Positions 1 to 9,351 of a stretch of DNA of 44,462 bases are shown piece by piece. Each line of letters begins with the position of its first letter. Within the stretch, counting starts at the first letter, position 1. Origin of the DNA: an uncultured Clostridia bacterium (GTDB lineage Bacteria > Bacillota > Clostridia > Tissierellales > Peptoniphilaceae); assembly GCA_945916025.1 (NCBI GenBank), contig CAMEGD010000001.1, positions 1 to 44,462 on the forward strand, read 5' to 3'. The notes under the pieces were generated by a model. That model was not told the origin of the DNA. It searched no databases and saw only the letters and a list, made by a program, of their open reading frames with translations. Made by a program: the position numbers and the translations under genes.

Positions 1-8
1 GCCTTCTT

Positions 9-1268
9 ATGGACCTAAAAATTAAAGACAAAAATATTATTATTAAAATAAATAAGAAGACCTATGAATACTTACTTAAAGACCAACTAAAGGAAAAGAC
101 CTCCATAAAACAGGGAATCTATAAGGCCTTGTCTAACTATACTAAGAAAAGTCTACAGTGGGGGATTTTAGTAGGGGTAAACCCTTTAAAGCTAATTAGA
201 AAGCTTTTAGAAAAATATGAAAGAGATGAAACCAGAAGAATCTTAGAAGACCTTTACTTTATAAAAAAAGAAAAAATAGACCTTAGTTTTCAAGTTATTG
301 ATAATCAAAAAGAAGCCATAAAGAAACTAAGGGGGAGGTCAATTTATATAAATATTCCCTTTTGTCCCTCTAAGTGTTCCTACTGTTCTTATCCAACCTT
401 AGTTATAAATGAAGATAAGATGGATACTTATGTAGAGGCCCTTACAAAAGAAATTGGCTTATTTTTTAAGTCCTACTTAAAGGACTTTACATCAATTTAT
501 GTAGGTGGAGGCACTCCCTCAGCTCTTGGACCAAATAGACTGGAGAGAGTCCTAAAGACCATAAGGACTTATGTAAATGATTACTTAGAATTAACAGTAG
601 AAGTGGGAAGACCAGATACAATATCTAAAGATCTATTAAGAGTTCTTAAGGAAAATGGGGTAAGTAGAATTAGCATAAATCCACAGACTATGAAGGACCA
701 AACCTTAAAGAGCCTAAATAGAAATCATTCAAGTAAAGATGTAAAAGAAGCCTTTAAGTTAAGTAAAGACCATGGATTTTCTAATATTAATATGGACCTT
801 ATAATTGGACTTCCAGGAGAAGAACCTAGTGATTTTAAAGATACTTTATATGAAATAAAAGACTTAGGTCCAACCTCTATTTCAGTTCATTCATTAGCTT
901 TAAAAAAGGGCTCAAATCTTACAAAAGATGGGTATAAGGCTAAAAGACAAGAAGAATTTGAAGAAATTAGAAATTCTTTTGTAATAGAAAATGAGTACAA
1001 ACCATATTACTTATATAGACAAAAGCATATGTTTCTGAACATTGAAAACATCTCCTATTCAAGGGAGGGTTCCATGTGCCTATACAATATAGCTATGATG
1101 GAAGACTTAGAAAACATAGTTGCCTTTGGCCTTGGAGCCAGCTCGAAATTTATAAAAGATGGCAAGATTAAAAGGATTATGAACCCAAGACTCTTAGATG
1201 AATATGTAAACACAGTAAGTGAGCAGGTGGAAAAGAAACTTTTAGGAGAAGATAATGAAACTAAGTAA
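9..1268 (+). CDS. hemZ: HemZ-type radical SAM protein (HemN-like family)
   Basis: IYINIPFCPSKCSYC (CxxxCxxC), YVGGGTPS, GRPDTI, ISINPQT and PYYLYRQK motifs, plus the N-terminal WGILVGVNP segment typical of HemZ. The start lies at the window edge. Confidence 0.85.
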   Translation: MDLKIKDKNIIIKINKKTYEYLLKDQLKEKTSIKQGIYKALSNYTKKSLQWGILVGVNPLKLIRKLLEKYERDETRRILEDLYFIKKEKIDLSFQVIDNQKEAIKKLRGRSIYINIPFCPSKCSYCSYPTLVINEDKMDTYVEALTKEIGLFFKSYLKDFTSIYVGGGTPSALGPNRLERVLKTIRTYVNDYLELTVEVGRPDTISKDLLRVLKENGVSRISINPQTMKDQTLKSLNRNHSSKDVKEAFKLSKDHGFSNINMDLIIGLPGEEPSDFKDTLYEIKDLGPTSISVHSLALKKGSNLTKDGYKAKRQEEFEEIRNSFVIENEYKPYYLYRQKHMFLNIENISYSREGSMCLYNIAMMEDLENIVAFGLGASSKFIKDGKIKRIMNPRLLDEYVNTVSEQVEKKLLGEDNETK

Positions 1269-2781
1269 CTTAATAAAAGAATTGGAAATCCTAGAAATAA
1301 AAGGACAAGTAAATGGAGTTAATATAGAAGATATTGCCTATAACTCAAAAGATGTAAAAGAGGGAAGTCTTTTCGTTGCCATAAAGGGACATGAAGTAGA
1401 TGGGCACAAGTATATAAATAACGCAAAGGAAAATGGAGCTGTATGTTTTGTTGTAGAAGAGTTTTCAAATGAGGACCTATTACAAATAAGGGTAGAAGAC
1501 TCTAGGGCAACACTAGCTGATCTTTCCCATATTTTCTTTAATAAGCCATCGGAAAAGTTAAATGTTGTAGGAATTACAGCCACAAATGGCAAGACTACAA
1601 CTTCCTTTATGGTGGAAAAAATCTTTAAGGACTTTGGCTTAGAAACTGGCCTTGTTGGAACTGTGGAAGTAAAATATAAGGATGTAAAAATCCCATCATT
1701 ACTTACAACTCCAGAAAGTAGGGATCTTCAGGAACACACCAAGAACATGGTAAATTGTGGAATTACAGACCTTGTAATGGAAGTATCCTCCCATGCCCAA
1801 GAAATGCTGAGAATAAAAAATATGGACTTTGATATAGTTTCCTTTAATAATCTTTCCAGAGACCACATTGACCAACATGGGTCCTTTGAAAATTATGCTA
1901 GGATAAAATCAGGTCTTATAAAAAATGCAAAGGAAGATGCCTTTGTTATCTTAAATTTTGATGATGAGTTTATAAAGAACCTAGGAAAAGAAACTAAGGG
2001 AAGAGTCCTATCCTATTCTATGGACAATAAGTCTTGTGACTTTTCCATAGAAAATCTAGACCTATCCACTGGTTTTGCAAAATTTGATTTTTTAATAAAT
2101 AAGGATATAGAAGATCTAGACCTAAAGGCAGGTAAATTTCCAGTAGACTTAGGTTTAGGTGGATATTCTGGAGTTATGAATGGAATTGTGGCTATTATTA
2201 TAGGTCTAGTAAGAAAAATTCCAGTAGTGTCCATAAGAAAATCCTTAAAAGACTTTAAGGGAGTTGAAAGAAGGTTCCAAGTAATCTACGACAAGGACTA
2301 CAAGATTATAGATGACCACTTTGCAAATTCAAAAAACATAGCAGTAACTATGGAAACTATAGAAAAAATGGACTTTAATAAGTTTTATATTCTCTATGCC
2401 ATTAGGGGTAATAGGGGTGAAAACTTAAATAGGGAGTCTGCTGAAGAAACTGCCAAGTGGCTAAAAAGACTTGGTATAAATAAAATTTACTCTACATCAA
2501 GTGTAGAGACAGTAACTAAAAAAGATGTGGTCTTTTTAGAGGAAAAGGAAGCCTTTAATAAGGTTATGAAGGACAATGATATTGAAGTTGTCCACCTTGA
2601 TAGACTAGATGAATCCTGTTATCAGGTCCTTGGGAAAGTAGAAAAAAACGACCTTCTATTATTAGCCGGATGTCAAGGTATGGACCATGGTGGAAGAATA
2701 GTTTTAGAAAAACTTACAGAAAATGTAGATGAAAAAGAAAAAGAAGAAGTTCTAAAAGTCTTAGAGGGTAGAGCCTTTTAG
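1255..2781 (+). CDS. MurE-like Mur ligase (atypical paralogue)
   Basis: MurE-type N-terminal domain (YNSKDVKEGSLFVAIKG..VDGH), P-loop GITATNGKTTT, TTPES, MEVSSH and NLSRDHID. C-terminal specificity motifs are divergent. Overlaps hemZ by 14 nt. Confidence 0.85.
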   Translation: MKLSNLIKELEILEIKGQVNGVNIEDIAYNSKDVKEGSLFVAIKGHEVDGHKYINNAKENGAVCFVVEEFSNEDLLQIRVEDSRATLADLSHIFFNKPSEKLNVVGITATNGKTTTSFMVEKIFKDFGLETGLVGTVEVKYKDVKIPSLLTTPESRDLQEHTKNMVNCGITDLVMEVSSHAQEMLRIKNMDFDIVSFNNLSRDHIDQHGSFENYARIKSGLIKNAKEDAFVILNFDDEFIKNLGKETKGRVLSYSMDNKSCDFSIENLDLSTGFAKFDFLINKDIEDLDLKAGKFPVDLGLGGYSGVMNGIVAIIIGLVRKIPVVSIRKSLKDFKGVERRFQVIYDKDYKIIDDHFANSKNIAVTMETIEKMDFNKFYILYAIRGNRGENLNRESAEETAKWLKRLGINKIYSTSSVETVTKKDVVFLEEKEAFNKVMKDNDIEVVHLDRLDESCYQVLGKVEKNDLLLLAGCQGMDHGGRIVLEKLTENVDEKEKEEVLKVLEGRAF

Positions 2782-2794
2782 GGTTAAAAATTAG

Positions 2795-2827
2795 GGACAG
2801 AGAAATCTGTCCTATTTCTTTCTTTTT
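2795..2827 (+). terminator. Rho-independent terminator after the Mur ligase
   Basis: GGACAGA-GAAA-TCTGTCC hairpin followed by a T-rich tract. Confidence 0.75.
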
Positions 2828-2849
2828 AAGTTCAAATTGATACATTAAA

Positions 2850-2878
2850 TTGACAAAGCTTTCTTCTTAATATAAAAT
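2850..2878 (+). promoter_or_regulatory. sigma-A promoter for the T-box/aspS transcript
   Basis: TTGACA (2850-2855), 17-nt spacer, TAAAAT (2873-2878). Confidence 0.8.
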
Positions 2879-2884
2879 AAAGGG

Positions 2885-3081
2885 AGCATTGAAAAGAAGG
2901 AGTAGGTTACTAATCTTTTTTTAGAGAACAAGTGGATGGTGAAAACTTGTAAAAGATCTAGCTGAAGACATCTTGGAGCTAAACGTTTAAAACCGCGTAA
3001 GGTTTTATAAGCTGGGCTACTATAAGTAGCCAATTAGGGTGGCACCGCGAATAATTCGTCCCTTGGAGGGCGATTTTTTTA
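2885..3081 (+). ncRNA. T-box riboswitch leader with Asp (GAC) specifier
   Basis: AGAGA and GGTGAA stem I boxes, GAA-GAC specifier (GAC at 2967-2969), stem III GGCTAC-TATAA-GTAGCC, T-box AATTAGGGTGGCACCGCG (3032-3049) and terminator TCGTCCCTT..AGGGCGA-T7, directly upstream of aspS. Confidence 0.93.
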
Positions 3082-3107
3082 TACAGATTTTTATTTAGGA
3101 GGAAATT

Positions 3108-4889
3108 ATGGCAGAAAGAATGGGACAACTTAGAAGAACCCACTATGCTGGTGAACTAAGGGAAGAAAACATTGGACAAGAAGTAGTATTAATGGGTTGG
3201 GTTCAAGGGGCAAGGTCCTTTGGGTCAATTATATTTGTAGATGTTAGAGATATTAGTGGACTTTCTCAAATAGTATTTGATGAAGAAACTAATGAAGAAG
3301 CCTTTGAAAAGGCAGAAAAGTTAAGATCAGAATTTGTAATCGCTGCTAAGGGCAAGGTTAGAATGAGATCTTCTATTAATGAAGAGATTCCAACTGGAAA
3401 AATAGAAGTTTTAGCTAGTGATTTATTAATATTAGATGAATCAGAAGTTCCTCCAATTTACGTTAAAGATGGAGACAATGTTTCTGAAACTATGAGATTA
3501 AAATACAGGACACTAGACTTAAGAAAACCTGAAATGCAAAAGAACCTACTAACTAGAGCAAAAATTTACAAGGTATTTAGGGACTATTTGTCTGAAAATA
3601 GGTTTGTAGAAATTGAAACTCCAATTTTAGGGAAACCAACACCTGAAGGAGCAAGGGACTACCTAGTTCCATCAAGGGTTAATGAAGGAAAGTTCTATGC
3701 TCTTCCACAGTCTCCACAGCTTTACAAGCAAATGCTTATGGTTTCTGGTTATGACAGGTACTTCCAAATTGCTAAGTGCTTTAGGGACGAAGACTTAAGG
3801 GCTAATAGACAACCAGAGTTTACTCAAGTGGATATTGAAATGAGTTTTGTTGATGTTGAAGATGTTTTAAGGATGAACGAAGGCCTTCTTAAGAGACTAT
3901 TTAAGGAAATTAAGGGAATTGACTTAGAACTTCCTTTAAAGAGACTTCCATATCAAGAAGCTATGGATAGGTATGGAATTGACAAGCCAGATACAAGGTT
4001 TGGATATGAGCTTATAGACTTAAGCCAAGCTTTAAAAGATTCTTCCTTTAAGGTATTTTCAGGTGCCATAGAAAATGGTGGATCTGTAAGGGCCCTTAAT
4101 GTGGAAGGAAAGGCTAATGAATTTTCTAGAAAAGATATTGACAAGTTAGAAGCCTTTGTAAAGACATATGGAGCTAAGGGACTTGCTTGGATGAAGTTTA
4201 ATCCAGATGGTATCCAATCTCCAATCTTAAAATTCTTAAGTGAAGAAGAAGTAAAAAACATTAAGGAAGTAACTAAGGCTAAAGAAAATGACCTATTAGT
4301 TTTTGTTGCTGATAAAAATGATGTAGTTTATGACTCCCTAGGAAACTTAAGAAACCACCTAGGAGACAAGTTTGGTCTAAGAAGTCACGACACCTATGAT
4401 GTTTTATGGATAACTGATTTTCCTCTATTTGAATACGATGAAGAAGAAAATAGGTATGTTGCTAAACACCATCCATTTACAAGCCCAAGGGATGAAGACA
4501 TAGACATGTTAGAAAGTGCTCCTGAAAAGGCTAGGGCTAAGGCTTATGACATAGTTATTAATGGAGATGAAATGGGCGGAGGTTCTATTAGAATTAACAA
4601 CAATTCCCTACAAAAGAGGATGTTTAATGCCCTTGGTATAGATGAAAAGTCCCAAGAGGATAAATTTGGTTTCTTACTTGAATCCTTTAAATATGGTGTT
4701 CCACCTCATGGAGGAATTGCCTATGGTCTAGATAGATTAGTAATGCTCTTTGCGGGTACAAATAATATCAAAGACGTTATAGCTTTTCCAAAGACTCAAT
4801 CGGCTACTGATATTTTAACAGGAGCTCCAATTGAGCTTGATAGTGAACAATTAAGTGAAGTTCACATAGAAGTTAGAAGGGAGAAATAA
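3108..4889 (+). CDS. aspS: Aspartate--tRNA ligase
   Basis: OB-fold N-terminus, TPEGARDYLVPSR, ALPQSPQLYKQ, CFRDEDLRANRQPEFTQ, GAD domain and PPHGGIAYGLDR. AGGAGG ribosome-binding site (SD). Confidence 0.98.
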   Translation: MAERMGQLRRTHYAGELREENIGQEVVLMGWVQGARSFGSIIFVDVRDISGLSQIVFDEETNEEAFEKAEKLRSEFVIAAKGKVRMRSSINEEIPTGKIEVLASDLLILDESEVPPIYVKDGDNVSETMRLKYRTLDLRKPEMQKNLLTRAKIYKVFRDYLSENRFVEIETPILGKPTPEGARDYLVPSRVNEGKFYALPQSPQLYKQMLMVSGYDRYFQIAKCFRDEDLRANRQPEFTQVDIEMSFVDVEDVLRMNEGLLKRLFKEIKGIDLELPLKRLPYQEAMDRYGIDKPDTRFGYELIDLSQALKDSSFKVFSGAIENGGSVRALNVEGKANEFSRKDIDKLEAFVKTYGAKGLAWMKFNPDGIQSPILKFLSEEEVKNIKEVTKAKENDLLVFVADKNDVVYDSLGNLRNHLGDKFGLRSHDTYDVLWITDFPLFEYDEEENRYVAKHHPFTSPRDEDIDMLESAPEKARAKAYDIVINGDEMGGGSIRINNNSLQKRMFNALGIDEKSQEDKFGFLLESFKYGVPPHGGIAYGLDRLVMLFAGTNNIKDVIAFPKTQSATDILTGAPIELDSEQLSEVHIEVRREK

Positions 4890-5311
4890 TGGATAGAGTT
4901 GGTAGAGTAGTAGAGACCATGGATGGGATGGCTAACCTAGAAGTTAGGAAGGTCTCATCATGTGGTACAAACTGTGCTTCTTGTTCAGCTGCTTGTGCCC
5001 AACCTCCCCAAGTTATTAAGGTTGTAAATACCTTAGATGCAAAACCTGGGGACTTTGTGGAAATCCAAGCTGACACAGGAAGAGTCCTAAAGTTTATGTT
5101 ACTTCTTTACGGAGTTCCCCTATTGTTTTTAATAGTGGGATTTGGACTTGGCCACTCATATTTAGTAGGTAGAGATATTGCAAATTACGAGATTTTATCC
5201 TTGTTAATTGGACTTGTTTCTATGGCTATAGGAGGCCTAATTGTTAGATTAGTTGATAAGAAATCTAATGTTAAGTCAGAAAATATAAACTATATGGTAA
5301 AAAAATTATAA
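4889..5311 (+). CDS. RseC/MucC family membrane protein
   Basis: N-terminal GRVVE, Cys cluster CGTNCASCSAAC, NTLDAKPGDFVEI, LYGVPL and two TM helices. Coupled to aspS by a TAATG overlap. Confidence 0.8.
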   Translation: MDRVGRVVETMDGMANLEVRKVSSCGTNCASCSAACAQPPQVIKVVNTLDAKPGDFVEIQADTGRVLKFMLLLYGVPLLFLIVGFGLGHSYLVGRDIANYEILSLLIGLVSMAIGGLIVRLVDKKSNVKSENINYMVKKL

Positions 5312-5365
5312 AAAATAGTCACCTTAGACTTTACTTAATTTGTAAAAGGTCAAGGTGACTTTTTT
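5312..5365. terminator. Bidirectional terminator between convergent rseC and the ThrE pair
   Basis: AGTCACCTT(A)GAC...GTCAAGGTGACT inverted repeat flanked by A and T runs. Confidence 0.7.
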
Positions 5366-5817
5366 ATGTTACTTGTATTTTTTCTATTTCTAATTGCCCT
5401 GTTAATTATATTGACGAAATTAGCAGATACAAAAACGCCTGTTGCTAGGGAAAGGGCTATTAATGTAGTTTCTAAGGCCTTACTAGTAAACTGACCTGTG
5501 TCACTTAAGATCAAATAATACATTGTATAATACATTCCTGCCCCTGGCACTATAGGAATTAGACAAGGGAGGGACAAGGTTATAGTTGGCATCTTTATAC
5601 TTATTGCTATAATGGCCGATAAAATTCCAATAAAAATTGAACTGATCATAGCTGCAAGTAGGGTGTGACTATAGGTCAAAATCAAATACCTATAAATAAT
5701 CCAGCCAAAGGCTCCGATTGTACCATTGTACTTAAGGGCTCTTTTTGGAGTTTGTAAAATTGTAGAAAATGCTATTGTGGCTATAAAGGCACAAATAAAA
5801 TGAAATATATAGTCCAT
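5350..5817 (-). CDS. Threonine/serine exporter family protein (ThrE_2 small subunit)
   Basis: Hydrophobic, with AFIATIAFSTIL, GAFGWIIY and PCLIPIVPGAGMY. Start set to the ATG at 5817, which has a GGAGG SD. Confidence 0.85.
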   Translation of the reverse strand: MDYIFHFICAFIATIAFSTILQTPKRALKYNGTIGAFGWIIYRYLILTYSHTLLAAMISSIFIGILSAIIAISIKMPTITLSLPCLIPIVPGAGMYYTMYYLILSDTGQFTSKALETTLIALSLATGVFVSANFVNIINRAIRNRKNTSNIKKSP

Positions 5818-5818
5818 C

Positions 5819-6598
5819 TTAACCTCCAAAGTATACAAATAAGACAATACCTACTCCAAAGGCTATAGCGATTGCTGTAAAAATTGCCTTTGTAACCATG
5901 ACTACACCACTTATGTAATCTCCAGCTAAAATATCCCTAATTGCACTAGTTATACCTATTCCAGGTACATAGGGCATAAGGGCTCCGATAATTACCATGT
6001 CTATATTGTTTCCCAGGTTTAGAAGCATAAATATGGCAGCAAGACCTGCTGATAAAAAGCCTGATAGTAAGTCGGTAATAAAAATTGGAAAAACTGCCAT
6101 TTGAGGCAGTCCAAGTATATAAAATACAATAAAGCCAATAAGTCCAGCTACAATAAAATCTATTAGAGACCCACCAAACATAATAGAAAAGAAGGCAGCT
6201 GTAAAACCTGCTGCTACTGATTTTTTAAATATGGTGTAGTTCTTAACTCCTTCTATTTCAGCAAGGAGCCTTTCACCTTCTAGTAAAGGAACTAGGTTAT
6301 CTGTAAAGTTTCTAGAAAACCTATTAAGCATGTCAATTTTGTTTAGTCTTAAGGATGGGGTCTTTTCTCTAATAAAGGTAGTCATAGGTTCATCTTGGAA
6401 TTTTATGTGAACAAAAACAGAAGTAGTCATTGCAAAAACTTCTACCTCTTCTAATCCCTTCCATGAATTACAGATTCTTTCTACTGTATCTTCAACTCTA
6501 TAAACTTCTGCTCCATTTTCAAGTAGCATGGAACCTACCTTGGCTGCTAGATTTAGTAGCCTTATAGCTTCATCTCGATTTTGTATTACCTTTTCCAT
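5819..6598 (-). CDS. Threonine/serine exporter family protein (ThrE large subunit)
   Basis: GSMLLENGAEVYRVEDTVERI and GALMPYVPGIGITSAIRDILAGD motifs. Confidence 0.9.
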   Translation of the reverse strand: MEKVIQNRDEAIRLLNLAAKVGSMLLENGAEVYRVEDTVERICNSWKGLEEVEVFAMTTSVFVHIKFQDEPMTTFIREKTPSLRLNKIDMLNRFSRNFTDNLVPLLEGERLLAEIEGVKNYTIFKKSVAAGFTAAFFSIMFGGSLIDFIVAGLIGFIVFYILGLPQMAVFPIFITDLLSGFLSAGLAAIFMLLNLGNNIDMVIIGALMPYVPGIGITSAIRDILAGDYISGVVMVTKAIFTAIAIAFGVGIVLFVYFGG

Positions 6599-6677
6599 AA
6601 AACTCCTTATAAATATAATAACATATCTATACTCTTTGGCAACTTGAATTTTAAAGAGAAACTTTTATATAACTTTC

Positions 6678-6706
6678 GTGATATGTACTTATATTTCTGT
6701 TATAAT
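6678..6706 (+). promoter_or_regulatory. Extended -10 sigma-A promoter, probably driving a leaderless transcript
   Basis: GTGATA, 17-nt spacer, TG-T-TATAAT (hexamer 6701-6706). The ATG follows after a 6-nt gap with no SD. Confidence 0.6.
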
Positions 6707-6712
6707 TAACCT

Positions 6713-8041
6713 ATGGAAATATGTCTAAATACAAACAAAAATATAATTGAAAAGGTAATTAAAGATTCTATAGCATATGACCTTGGACTAGAAGTTGGAG
6801 ATGAGATTTTATCTATAAATGGCCAAGAGATAAAGGACATAATTGATTATAAATATATAATTACCGAAGAATATATAGAACTAAATATAAAAAAGCTAAA
6901 TGGAGAACTAATATCCTTTGAAATTGAAAAAGACCCTTATGAGGACTTGGGGATAGAATTTTCAAATCCTTTAATAGATGAGGCAAAAAGGTGTTCAAAT
7001 GCCTGTATTTTTTGCTTTATTGATCAGCTTCCAAAAAACTTAAGGGAAACCCTTTACTTTAAGGATGATGACAGTAGGTTGAGCTTTTTGCAGGGGAATT
7101 TTATCACTTTAACTAATATGAAAGAAGAGGATATTGACAGAATTATTAAATATAAGATTTCTCCTATTAATGTATCTGTCCATACTACAAATCCACAACT
7201 TAGAAAGAAGATGCTAAGAAATATTAATGCTGGTAAAGTCTTAGATATTTTAAAGAGATTTGATGAACACCACATTGAAGTGAACTGTCAGATAGTATGT
7301 ATACCTAATATAAATGACAAGGAAGAACTTAACAAAACTATAATGGACTTATCAGAACTTAAAAATTCTGTAAAGTCCCTAGCCATAGTGCCTGTTGGAC
7401 TAACTAAACACAGACAAGGTCTTCCACAGCTAGAAGCCTTTAATGAAAAATCTAGTAATGAAATTATAGACCAGATTCACAAACTCCAAGAACACTTTTT
7501 AGAGACAGAAAATACTAGGTTTGTATTTTTAAGTGATGAATTTTATATTTTAGCAAATAGAGACCTTCCATCTGATGAAGAATACGAAGGTTATCCTCAA
7601 ATTGAAAATGGGGTAGGATTAGTAAGGAATTTTTCTGAAGAAATAAATGAAGAGTTAGAAAAATTAGGGATCTCAGACTTAGAAAAAGAAGTGACCCTAG
7701 TTACTGGTACCCTTGCTAAGGACTTTATGGTGGAAATAAAAGACAGGGTTTTAAAAAAGTTTCCAAATATGAAACTAAATGTAAGGCCTATAGAAAATGA
7801 CTTTTTCGGCAGGTCAATTACAGTTGCAGGTTTAGTGACAGGTGGAGATATTATAAAAAAAATTAAAGATACTGATTACAAGAATATAATGATTCCCGAT
7901 GTAATGCTTAGGGCTGATACAGATTATTTTCTAGATGATGTTACTTTAGATGAATTAGAAAATCAAACTAATAGAAGGGTTTATGTTACAAGGGTCAGTG
8001 GAAAAGACTTTTTAGATACCCTTTCTAAGGAGGTAAAATGA
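6713..8041 (+). CDS. PDZ + DUF512 putative radical SAM Fe-S protein
   Basis: PDZ-like N-terminus, CSNACIFCFIDQLP, LYFKDDDSRLSFLQGNFITLTN, YPQIENGVG and NDFFGRSITVAGLVTGGD. Confidence 0.9.
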   Translation: MEICLNTNKNIIEKVIKDSIAYDLGLEVGDEILSINGQEIKDIIDYKYIITEEYIELNIKKLNGELISFEIEKDPYEDLGIEFSNPLIDEAKRCSNACIFCFIDQLPKNLRETLYFKDDDSRLSFLQGNFITLTNMKEEDIDRIIKYKISPINVSVHTTNPQLRKKMLRNINAGKVLDILKRFDEHHIEVNCQIVCIPNINDKEELNKTIMDLSELKNSVKSLAIVPVGLTKHRQGLPQLEAFNEKSSNEIIDQIHKLQEHFLETENTRFVFLSDEFYILANRDLPSDEEYEGYPQIENGVGLVRNFSEEINEELEKLGISDLEKEVTLVTGTLAKDFMVEIKDRVLKKFPNMKLNVRPIENDFFGRSITVAGLVTGGDIIKKIKDTDYKNIMIPDVMLRADTDYFLDDVTLDELENQTNRRVYVTRVSGKDFLDTLSKEVK

Positions 8042-9351
8042 GTAGGATTGTAGCAATAGTAGGTAGACCAAATGTTGGAAAGTCTACTTTGTTTAATAAA
8101 ATTGTTGGTAAGAGAATAGCAATTACCCAAGATACTCCTGGGGTAACCAGGGACAGAATTTATGCTAAGGCTGAGTGGCTTGGAAAAGACTTTACCATGA
8201 TAGATACTGGTGGAGTTGATCCAAAGGAAATAGACGAGTTTATGACTAATATTACCAGTCAGGTGGAAATAGCTATAGACCATGCAAATGTAATAATATT
8301 TTTAGTTGATGGAGTTAGTGGCCTTACCCAAACTGACTTGGATATCTCAAAGATGCTTCATAGGTCTGGAAAGGATGTTATCTTAGCGGTAAACAAGGCT
8401 GATACAAAGGGAGTCTTAGATACTCAATTTGATTACTATGAACTAGGATTTGGAGATCCCTTTATGATATCTGCAGAAAACTCCATTGGAATTGGAGACT
8501 TACTAGATAAGGTTATAGAAGATCTAGACCAAGTTGAAGATGAAGATGACGATGAAGACAGGATTAAGGTTGCCTTTATAGGTAAACCTAATGTTGGAAA
8601 GAGTTCAACTGTAAATAAGCTAATTGGAGAAAACAGGTCTATAGTTACTAACATTCCAGGTACCACTAGGGATTCCATTGACTCTAAATTAGACAAGGGA
8701 GATTCTAAGTACCTGTTTATAGATACAGCTGGCCTTAGAAAGAGAAAGAAGATAAACGAAGAAGTAGAAAGGTATTCAGTTGTAAGGACCTTAGCTTCCA
8801 TAGATAGGTCAGATGTTTGTGTAGCCTTAATTGATGCAACAGAAGGTATTTCTGAGCAAGACTCTAAGATTATAGGTTATGCTCATGATGCTGGAAAGGC
8901 CTTGATTATAGCAGTTAATAAGTGGGACCTTATAGAAAAGGACAATACAACTACCAGGAAGTTTGAAAAAGAAATTAGAGAAGAGCTAGGTTTTTGTTAC
9001 TATGCGCCTATAATTTTCATATCTGCCCAAACTGGCCAAAGACTTGATAATTTATTAAATATGATAGACGGTGTAAATGAAAACTATAACTTAAGAATCC
9101 AAACTGGAGTTCTAAACGATATTATTAATAATGCAGTTTTAATGAACCAACCTAGGTCAGACAAGGGAAGACAAGGGAAAATTTATTATGCCTCCCAGGT
9201 TTCAGTAAGACCGCCTACCTTTGTAATTTTTGTAAATGACAAGGACCTAATACATTTTTCATATATTAGATATTTGGAAAACTCAATTAGAAATAACTTT
9301 GGTTTCCAAGGAACGCCAATTCACATGATTGTTAGGGAGAGAAGTGAATAA
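8038..9351 (+). CDS. der: Ribosome biogenesis GTPase Der (EngA)
   Basis: Two G domains (GRPNVGKS/DTGG/NKAD and GKPNVGKS/DTAG/NKWD) and a KH-like C-terminus. Confidence 0.98.
   Translation: MSRIVAIVGRPNVGKSTLFNKIVGKRIAITQDTPGVTRDRIYAKAEWLGKDFTMIDTGGVDPKEIDEFMTNITSQVEIAIDHANVIIFLVDGVSGLTQTDLDISKMLHRSGKDVILAVNKADTKGVLDTQFDYYELGFGDPFMISAENSIGIGDLLDKVIEDLDQVEDEDDDEDRIKVAFIGKPNVGKSSTVNKLIGENRSIVTNIPGTTRDSIDSKLDKGDSKYLFIDTAGLRKRKKINEEVERYSVVRTLASIDRSDVCVALIDATEGISEQDSKIIGYAHDAGKALIIAVNKWDLIEKDNTTTRKFEKEIREELGFCYYAPIIFISAQTGQRLDNLLNMIDGVNENYNLRIQTGVLNDIINNAVLMNQPRSDKGRQGKIYYASQVSVRPPTFVIFVNDKDLIHFSYIRYLENSIRNNFGFQGTPIHMIVRERSE

Noticed and set aside
2845-3033. 62-aa minus-strand ORF
   Set aside because: It lies antisense to the T-box leader and promoter, which fully explain the sequence.
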